NCBI GenBank assembly: GCA_034780895.1
Contig: JAUZTB010000002.1
Span: 82,025,794-82,089,793 of the forward strand
Direction: 5' to 3'
Length of the DNA stretch: 64,000 bases
DNA from: Rhynchobatus australiae
Lineage: Eukaryota
Notes under the pieces: model-generated
Databases searched by the model: none
What the model was told of the DNA's origin: nothing
What the model saw: the letters and a program-made list of their open reading frames with translations, nothing else
Program-made: the position numbers and the translations under genes
Shown: piece after piece, positions 54,401 through 64,000 of the stretch
How the letters are laid out: every line of letters starts with the position of its first letter
Position numbering within the stretch: position 1 is the first letter of the stretch

Positions 54401-55489
54401 AATCCAAAGATTCTGATGAAGATAGGGAAATACCCCTAAAATATAGGAAGAAACATGAGTCAAAAGGGTCAATAAACTGTTTCTGTACTACAGGATAAAT
54501 CAAAGCTGATAGGAAAGAAGGATATGAAAACCCTGAATAGTGCCTTATACTGATATATATTTTTGCATCAGGATGTGCATGTAGGCTAATCAAAAATTTC
54601 AATCTTATTGATCACACTACTAGACATTACAAAACTCCCGATTTCCTGACTGCAAGTTTGGTGGCAATGGTAAGAGGTTATAGATCTTCAAAATAAATTG
54701 CCTGGAACCCATCTCCTAGGAAACTTATTCAAACAATTATATATCTATAAATGACACTACAAATGACATATTGATAACGAAGTTACTGTTTTATTAGCCA
54801 ACACAATGCAATGCACTATTTTNNNNNNNNNNNNNNNNNNNNNNNNNNNNNNNNNNNNNNNNNNNNNNNNNNNNNNNNNNNNNNNNNNNNNNNNNNNNNN
54901 NNNNNNNNNNNNNNNNNNNNNNNNNNNNNNNNNNNNNNNNNNNNNNNNNNNNNNNNNNNNNNNNNNNNNNNNNNNNNNNNNNNNNNNNNNNNNNNNNNNN
55001 NNNNNNNNNNNNNNNNNNNNNNNNNNNNNNNNNNNNNNNNNNNNNNNNNNNNNNNNNNNNNNNNNNNNNNNNNNNNNNNNNNNNNNNNNNNNNNNNNNNN
55101 NNNNNNNNNNNNNNNNNNNNNNNNNNNNNNNNNNNNNNNNNNNNNNNNNNNNNNNNNNNNNNNNNNNNNNNNNNNNNNNNNNNNNNNNNNNNNNNNNNNN
55201 NNNNNNNNNNNNNNNNNNNNNNNNNNNNNNNNNNNNNNNNNNNNNNNNNNNNNNNNNNNNNNNNNNNNNNNNNNNNNNNNNNNNNNNNNNNNNNNNNNNN
55301 NNNNNNNNNNNNNNNNNNNNNNNTAACTATTATTCCCATAAACAGTAACAAATCCATTAAAATCCATGCACACTGATTCTAGTGTGACATATGAAGTTGT
55401 TTCTCCCCTTTCTGGTGCAGGGAACCATTCATCTTCTGTCACTGTCACTGGCATCAAAAGCACAGAGCACATCATCAATTGGTCAGATT

Positions 55490-57885
55490 ATGAGAATACG
55501 CAAGGAAATAGGAGGGAGTAGGCCACCTGGCTCCTCAAGCTTGCCCCGCCAATCAACACAATCATGGCTGATCAGCCCCAGGACTCAACTCTTCTCCTAT
55601 GCAAGTTCCACATAGCCCCCGATTCCCTGATCTTTCAAATATGCATCTAACTCCTTTTTTAAATACCTTGTGATTAAGCCTTTTTTAAATAATCCTGTGA
55701 TTAAGCCTCCACAATTATCTGGGGTAGAGAATTCCACAGATTCATCACCCTCTATGAGGAGAAATTCCTATTGACCTCAAGCTTAATGGACTGCCTCCTT
55801 ATATCACCTTGTTCAAGACTTTCTCACTAGTAGAAACATGTCAATATTTACCTTGTCATTCCCCCTAAGGTACATACATATTTCAACAAGACTAGTCTTC
55901 ATTCTTCTGAATTCCAAACAATACAGATTCAACTATTTTAGCCATTCATGCTGAGACAACCCTGCCATCGCAAAAGCTAGCTCTTCTGAACTGCGTCCAA
56001 TGCTAGTGTATCCTTTCCTAAAAAAGGGGACCAAAACTATACCAGTATACCAGATGTGGCCTCATCAATATAACCTTTGAATTCTAACAATAATTCTCTG
56101 TTTTTAGCAATAAAGGCCAATCCACTACTGCTCTTCTTAATTACCTTCTTCACCTGCAGGCTTACATTTTGTGTTCCACGCACAAGTACACCCAGATCCC
56201 TCGGCACTCTACTCATTTGCAATCTCTCTTCATTTAGAAAATAATCTGCCTTTTGATTCCTCCTACCAAAGTGCGCGTCCTCACACTTCCCAATATTAAA
56301 CCCATTTACCAAGTCTTCGCCCACTCATTCAACCCATCTATATCCAGTTGTAGATTCAAAATATCCTCATCACAGTATGCCCTCCCATCTATTTTCGTGT
56401 CATTATCAAACTTGAATACCTTCTGCTCATTCCTCCAAGTCACTATTATAGATTTTATAATATTGAGGGCCAAGAATGGATTCACTGCACTAATTACATC
56501 TTTCAAGAATGAAAAAGACCCATTTATTTTGACTCATTGCCATCAGTGTGATGGCCAGTCTTCAATACACATTAACACGCTTGTCCAATATTGTGAGCTC
56601 TTACCTTGTCCACTACATCTTTGTTGTGGTATCTGATAGAATGCCACCTGGATATCCAAATACACTACTCTCTTTTATCCTTGAAGAACTCTAGCAAATT
56701 TGTCAAATTTGATTTCCCTTTCATAAAACCAGGTTGACTTGGTTTGCCTGCATGAAGGTTTTCTAAATGACTAGCTATTTCTTCCTCAATTATAAACTCC
56801 AGCATTTTCCCAACAACAGATGTTAAGATAACCGTCTTATACTTTTCCACTTTTGGTCTCCCTCTTTTCTTGAACAAGGGCATTACGTTTGCAGTTTCCC
56901 AAGTTGCTGGTACCCGCAGGGAGTCTTGAAAAACTTCAACCAGTAGCTCTGCAACCATTTCTCTTAAAACCCTTGGATGCTGGCTATCAGGATCTAGCAA
57001 CTTGTCTGCCTTTAGTTTTTCCAATACTTTGTCTCTGTGGTAGGGATTGTTACAATTTCCCCTTCCTATTTGAAACTAGCTGATCTGTCATCTTTGGGAC
57101 ATTTGCAATGTCCTCCACCATAAATTATCTGCCATTTCCTTGTTTCCTATTGTTAATTCCTCAGTTACACTTTCCAGGAGTCCCATACTTACCTTTACTA
57201 CTCTCTTCCTTTTTACATATTTATAGAAGCTCTTGCTGTTTGTTTTGATATTGTCAGTTTATTATAATAATTTTCTCCTTAATAGCTTTTTAAATCCTCT
57301 GCTGCTTGCTTTTGAAAGATTTCCAGTCTTTTGATTTACTGCTAGTTTTGGCACTGTATATGCTAGTTTTTAATTATCTACTTTAATAAACAAGGATGTT
57401 TCATCTTTCTCATCTGGTCCCTACTTATGATTGGGATAGGTTTATGCTAGGCATTATAAAATAGTTGCCACTGCTCACTGCTCACCTGACCTTTCCATTA
57501 ACATATTTTCCTGGTCCACTCTAGATAACTCTTCCTCATATCTTTGTAAATGCCCTTATTTAACTTGTGGATGAGCATTTTGGGCCCGAGACGTTCACTC
57601 TTAAATTGTATCAGGAATTCTACCACTTTGTGATCACGAGTCCCAAGAAGATCCTTAACTACAAGAGCTCTATCTTAATCCTACTTCATTATACATCACC
57701 AAATTTAGAACAGCCTGTTACGGGGAATGTCCCATAACGTACTGCTCTTAGAAACAATTCCTGATACGCTCCACAAATTTCTTGCCAGTTTGATTAGTCC
57801 AATCAATGTGCAAACTAAAATCCCTCATGATAGTTGCCTATCCCATTTTACATGCCTTGAGTTTCCTCAGTTATGCTTTGTCCTA
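55490..57885 (-). mobile_element. CR1 LINE ORF2 ~2.4 kb, degenerate
   Basis: HPRVLREM..WETANVMPLFKK..LTSVVGKMLE..GFMKGKSNLTNLLEFF; KFDNDTKI. Confidence 0.92.
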
Positions 57886-58574
57886 CTGCAAGACAACACA
57901 TAGGCAAGTAGTAAAATTACATTCCTCAAATAGCATTAGATCCAAAGGTACAACTAATGTTTGTGAAGCAAATTATGAGCATTAGTTTTTACCTCCTTCT
58001 GCCATAATGGCTTTACTGAAAAGTTTGTTTCTTCCAAAGTTTTGAGTTAATTCAATCCAATTAAAGAGTTTTCTTTTTACAAGCATGGTGTGACTTTTAA
58101 CAGGAAAATATATACTTTCTCACATCTCATTTTATTATAAATAATGGCATTAAAACTGATAGTTGGTATAGTTAGTATATCTTAGAGAGAATTCTCCCCC
58201 ATCCTAAGAATGCACAAAATTATTTTGGTTTAATTTAGTGAGCTTCAACTTACATATATATTTTTAATTGATTTGTGCTATCTGTTGAGTTTAACTTTGA
58301 ATATCATAAACAATTTGAGGATCAAAACAGACTTGTATATGAACATCACAACTGTTTTTCAACAGTTCATGCCTTTACTTGAATTAAAATGAGTTGATCT
58401 AGATTAAGTTGTGACCTGTTTTTGTCCATAAATTCAACAACATTATGAGAAATCAAAATTTATTCAGCTGAGTCATAAAACTCCAGCAGCCTGTGTTACT
58501 CATTTGGGAACTTGAATTTGAATCCAATCATGACCACTGAAGAATTTAAAGTAACTGAATGAATTACATCCAAA

Positions 58575-59455
58575 TCAATATTAATGATTTGGACAAAGGG
58601 ATTTAGTGTCATATATCCAAGTTTTCTGATGGTACAAAATTAGGTGGCAGTGTGGATTTTGAGGAGGATGAATAAAGATTTTGGGGTTATAGATATGTGA
58701 TGCCATTGTTACAAAAATAGAAACCAAAGTATTATTTAAGTGATGAGGTTGAAAGTTCCTGGTGTTCTGACAGAACTGGTTGTTCTCGTATACAAATCAC
58801 TGAACATTAACATGCTGCTACATCAAGCAATTAGGAATGGAACAGGTTGGTCTTTATTGCAAGAGATTTTGAGTACTGGAGTAGTAATGTCTTCCACCAA
58901 TTTGACAGGGCCCTAGTGAAACCACACTGAAATACTGCATACAGATCTGGTTTGTAAAAATGAGGGAAATATTTGCCATAAAGTTAATGTAGTTATGTTT
59001 CACCAGAATGATTTCTGATATGCTGCTTGCCCCATGAGTCTAGATATAACAGTCTGGGCCTATGCTGTCTAGAATTTTAAAAACTGAGAGTTGATCTTGA
59101 ACATCCTTAAGGAGCTTCACAGAGTAGATGCACAGTTGAAGATTCCCCTTGTTAAGGTATCTGGATCTAGGGATTACAGTCACAAAATAAAGGACCAGCC
59201 ATTCAAGATAAAGATGAGAAATTTCTTCAACCAGAGGGTAGTCAACTTCTGGAATTCTCTACTCAAGAAGGCTTGGAGGCTAAGTCACTGGGTACATTTT
59301 ATACAGAGATTAATAGGTTTTTAGATATTAAAGGAATCAAGGTATATGGTTAGTGTAGAAAAATAGTACTTAGATTAGCCATGAGCTAACTGAATAGCAG
59401 AGCAGACACAAAGGGCTGAATGGTCTATCCAACTTTACTTTTTATGCTCTTATGT
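58575..59455 (+). mobile_element. CR1 LINE 3' fragment inserted into a SINE
   Basis: INDLDKG..SKFSDGTKLGG; RNFFNQRVVNFWNSL; flanked by two halves of one SINE. Confidence 0.85.
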
Positions 59456-62400
59456 AAGTTTGGAATAAAAAGCTAGTATCAGTCAGCAATGGTGACCAGG
59501 AAACTACCTAATTATTATAAAAACCCATTTGCTTCACAAATACAGTTCAAGAAAAGGAACTTTCAGTTCTTACCTGGTCTGTGACTATAGACCCCACCAT
59601 GTTGACTCCTAACTGTACTCTAGTGGCCGAGTAAGTTCATCAGTTCAAGGAGCAATTAAGGATAGACACAATGCTGTCCTCGCTGGTGATCCCATAATTG
59701 CCAACAAATTGTAGTTGTCATGACAGTGAAACTGTCAGTGTTCATCATCAGCACTATAAAAAACTAACATAGAATGTTTCTCCACAGGGTTGCAGGCTCA
59801 GAATCAATGACTTGACATTTTGTGTGCTTTTGTTGTTGTAAGAACAATGGAAAAATGGGCCTTGTCAAAATCAGTGGCTTTTACTTTTGTTTTGCTGTGA
59901 GAATTCTTTAATCTGTTTTGCTGTTCATCCTGCTTGAAATTATTGTCAGGTGCCAGTTTAACAGCCTTTGCCTGAGAGCAAATCACACTGAAAAAGGGAA
60001 TCCATGCCATAGAAACCATTAAGCCTTTTCAGATAGTTTTCTTCAAGGTCAGGATGGTTCAGGTTTCTTCAAGGCTAATGAGAAAATCCTGAGCAATCTG
60101 TAAGGCATTTGCAGGCTGGTCTTTTCCAATAAGTGGCATGCCTCCACACAAACTCAGTATGGCCCATGACCTGGCCAGGGAAGAATGGGGTGGTCAGAAC
60201 TGTATGAAAGCCCTATACAGTGTAGCCTAATACACTGCCAGACTAATGAGATCAGCTATGGGATGAGCAGGTGAAATAGATTTAGTGGGATCTCACGATG
60301 GAGGAGTTCTGTAGTCACTGCTTGTAACAAGTAGCTTTGGTCCTGTCAGGTTATTTGGAAAGAGGCTCTGCATTTTTTTTTGATCTGGAGTATCCTCACC
60401 ATTCTTTTGTTGACTGGTTTGATTTTGACCATCTCCTCTCTTTTCATCCACACCACCATACACTGTTGTGTGGCACAGTTCTCTATCCTGACAACAACTA
60501 TTTCTCCATATGGAGAACACAATGAACCAAGGTTCCTTCTCCTTTCCCTCTCTGTCCTGAAAGTGATATGTTACTTGGGAGTTCACTTGAGGTGAAAACC
60601 CCAACTTCCAGACTTATGGTATCGTTTTGACTTAGAATTCTTCTGCTAAGGTCCAGATTAAAATGATTGTTACGTTGTACATTCCTAAGGAAATGTGTTG
60701 ATGGTCTTAGTTTCATGATTGATCATTATGTCTGTCATTCTGCCATTAGAACTTGATGCATCCACCTTTTTCAAACTGAGTCAGTCCTGTTTAATATGAC
60801 CCCATTAATCTTTAGATTTTCAGCAATCAACAGCTTTTAAAGCACCCTTTACAATCAGTTTTACATTCAACTTTGGGCCCCGCAATCAAAAAGGACAATA
60901 AACCTGGGAGGAAAAGAATGTTACTTTGTAAAAGCATTAAAAATAAATATCAAGGTTATGACAAGAAGAGAATCAGGACAAACAATAAAAAGTGAATTTG
61001 AAGTTTTTTTTAATTTAGAATGTTGTTTAATTTAGTAGCTTGCTTCACATTTATGACAAATCTATTTTTGACATATGAATAGTTTTAATATTTCAGTATG
61101 GTAACATTCAGGTCAAAAACTCATGAGCCATTAAAAGTAGCTTGGAATTCCCTGGATTTGTTGGTGCTTTGAAGGTTATTGTGTCAAAAACATTCCAATG
61201 TCTCATTACCAACAGTTGTAACATACTGTATGTAAAGGTACAGTAAGGTTGTGCACACAAGATAATCCAGGTGATTGATAACATCTGAGGTGTTACTAAA
61301 AAAATAATTCTTCTTTTCCTGACTAGTTGAGAAATTACAAGGTCAAGGATTATGACACAAATCCATGATGGTATTCCTGGTGTGGCATGCCACTTTATCT
61401 ATTGTGTGGACATCTAAACCTTGGGCAATCAGAAATGTCAGAATTTCACTGGTTATCTAGGGATGCAGGGACATCACACAGCTGATGTAATGATGCATTC
61501 TTCTGAGGCACTGACTTCAGTAGTAACTCTAATTTCAGGCAGATCTGCGTAGGCAGTTGACTGATGCTCCTCATCCAACAAAAAGCAGGGATTCTCAAAA
61601 AAAACCTGTCCATCACTGAAACCTCATCACGTTTGAACACTTAACGTGTTTTATTGTTTCCATCTTACGACTGATGGAATATTGTTTGGCAGGGCATAGA
61701 AAACCCATCTTTACTTCTGGACATTACAGTCCAAAACAATTTAGTTGGTTCAGATTAAGTTGGTATACTTCATCCTCCGCAACAGCTGCAGCACAATGCC
61801 ATTCTGACAATCCTCTTCAAGATCATGGAGCAGTGCCACAGGAGCTGTTTCAGCTTTAGCTAGGCCTCCATGTTTATGCCAGGAACACAAGAGCTGATGT
61901 AGTTGCACTTCAACATCCTGTATCATTCCAAACAGTCGACATGGAACACCAACAGCAAAGCTTCACATATTCTTGCTCCTACTTGTGGAGCTCTCTCCCA
62001 AAAAGCACCGCCACCTTGACGTCTGTCTCGAGCGCAGAAATTCAAATCACAGTTAAAACATTAATTTCTGACACTGGAATTGTAAAGAGCACATGGGCCA
62101 TGGAAAAGCTCTGGCTTACCAGTTGGTATTCCAGAAATATGTCTCCAGACCTTTCAATGCTCTAAACAAACCATCAGGGTCAAATTTTGAGTCATGTGTT
62201 CTTGTTACAGTTGCCTCTGGTTGTAACCTGTTGTTATTCCACCTAATATACATTCACAGGGAAGAAAAACACTAGTCACACAGTATTTACTTACACGGGG
62301 TATTAGAAACGAATACATGAAACAGTGCCAATCATACCAATCATTGAAACTAATACAGCATCAGTAATTCCTGACAAACTAATCTTTCACAGTAAATGCA

Positions 62401-64000
62401 CCTGCACCAATAATACCCACCCACACAAACTAAGCAAAATATATAAAGAACCATTTCTCAGAATCACAGTTGTAATTTACTCCAATGCAATTCTGTACCA
62501 AGTCCATGGAGAGGAATTGAGGTACAGAGCAATGAAATAAAGATGCCAACAGTTTAAACAAAGATGTATATGATGCATTAAAAAAAATGCCTCACACATG
62601 CGTAGAATACATTCTAATAGCACATCCAATACAGAGTATTACACATACAGAAATCTTTAGCACACAGCATATCAAGAACACAGTGCAGCTTTTGCAATAA
62701 ATTGAACAATCTGGGAACAAATTGTTGTAATATACAGCAATATACGTTCAACTCTGAATATTCAAAATGAATTCCAGTTCAAACTAACAGAAAGAATTTG
62801 AGTTGCCTTAACCTAGGCCAAAAGTACAGAACTGCTCATAATATTTAACATTAACATGTCACTTAATTAGGAACCATAAAATTTGCTGGAATTGGCTGGA
62901 GTGGTCAAATTGCAGTAGAAAATGCAAATATCATCCAAAGGATCGAAATACAGTGCATTCTTTGCCTGCAGACAACTCCAGACACTGTAACCACAAAATC
63001 CACTTTAAATATAAAAGGAAGTTTTAATGGGGGAGATACAGATTTAATTGAGGATGAGAAAGGAGCAGGCAATCTGAAAAGGAAAACCCACTGTGTGAAC
63101 AAAAGGCAGGAACAGAAAGAATAAATTGGGGATGAAATCACAGAAGGGGAAAGATTAAATTAAGAACTGGGGATATACAAAATGACTTTTTTTAAGCTAA
63201 ACTAGATTAATTAATAAAGCTAAATATAATGGATTAAATAAAAATTAAGGTTGCAGAGCCTGGCACTGACTCAGTTGGAAAATTTAGTCAAAATTCTTGT
63301 CTGTTATTCATGGTAGGGCACCCCAAATCCGTTGCTATGTAGCACTTCAGGATACTGCTCAAATCCTGGATCAACTTGGACAGAAGTGTGGTCAGCATAA
63401 GGAACACAAGTTTCAGAGCTTAAGTGGCAACTGGCAGTGCATTTGAAAGACTGAGGACTTGTACAGCTCAGAAGCTGGTTACCCCATGGTTTAAGTATAC
63501 AGAGAGGGAATGGATGAATGTAAGACTGGNNNNNNNNNNNNNNNNNNNNNNNNNNNNNNNNNNNNNNNNNNNNNNNNNNNNNNNNNNNNNNNNNNNNNNN
63601 NNNNNNNNNNNNNNNNNNNNNNNNNNNNNNNNNNNNNNNNNNNNNNNNNNNNNNNNNNNNNNNNNNNNNNNNNNNNNNNNNNNNNNNNNNNNNNNNNNNN
63701 NNNNNNNNNNNNNNNNNNNNNNNNNNNNNNNNNNNNNNNNNNNNNNNNNNNNNNNNNNNNNNNNNNNNNNNNNNNNNNNNNNNNNNNNNNNNNNNNNNNN
63801 NNNNNNNNNNNNNNNNNNNNNNNNNNNNNNNNNNNNNNNNNNNNNNNNNNNNNNNNNNNNNNNNNNNNNNNNNNNNNNNNNNNNNNNNNNNNNNNNNNNN
63901 NNNNNNNNNNNNNNNNNNNNNNNNNNNNNNNNNNNNNNNNNNNNNNNNNNNNNNNNNNNNNNNNNNNNNNNNNNNNNNNNNNNNNNNNNNNNNATAAGCA

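Larger units (their letters stand above)
35800..62964 (-). pseudogene. Putative decayed multi-exon RGS22/RGSL1-family gene, interrupted by transposons
   Basis: Exon-like segments with AG/GT boundaries (43937-44085, 46371-46458, 52320-52387, ~52880-53160, 53697-53801, 57993-58093, 62120-62227, ~62590-62812); RGS-like motifs such as EILEFP-YCEEF-KFIK..*M*IEDY, LKARLLPEMKKIQLFWSTTE, FIFWMD, KAALCS*YAVC; many stops/frameshifts; by-eye similarity only. Confidence 0.5.

Noticed and set aside
55655-55710. ~26-bp tandem duplication (similar near 40770-40830)
   Set aside because: Local slippage within a CR1 3' region; two units with no spacers, so not CRISPR-like
59000-64000. 3' exons of CDK19, the expected upstream neighbour from mammalian synteny
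   Set aside because: No kinase or CDK8/19 C-terminal sequence detected in the window

Overview
Eukaryotic, AT-rich, gap-containing genomic window. The repeat repertoire (CR1 LINEs, Deu-type SINEs, Penelope-like termini) points to a cartilaginous fish, which is an inference. One intact gene is visible: the 5' part of the organic cation/carnitine transporter SLC22A16 on the minus strand. Its five coding exons (23011->3003; 53+474+118+553+128 nt = 442 codons) all have GT-AG boundaries and compatible phases; the remaining exons lie left of the window, and a non-coding first exon probably ends at 23490. Upstream (about 35-63 kb, minus strand) is a series of splice-bounded but stop/frameshift-riddled exon-like segments whose translations resemble RGS22/RGSL1-family multi-RGS proteins, probably a decayed gene (moderate confidence, by-eye only). 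The rest is transposon-derived: two decayed two-gene PIF/Harbinger elements, a TA-flanked Tigger-like MITE, Penelope-like inverted termini with hammerhead-like motifs, and many LINE/SINE fragments. A near-perfect 77-nt hairpin lies in SLC22A16 intron 4. No CRISPR, rRNA or bona fide tRNA genes were seen. Repeat boundaries are approximate.
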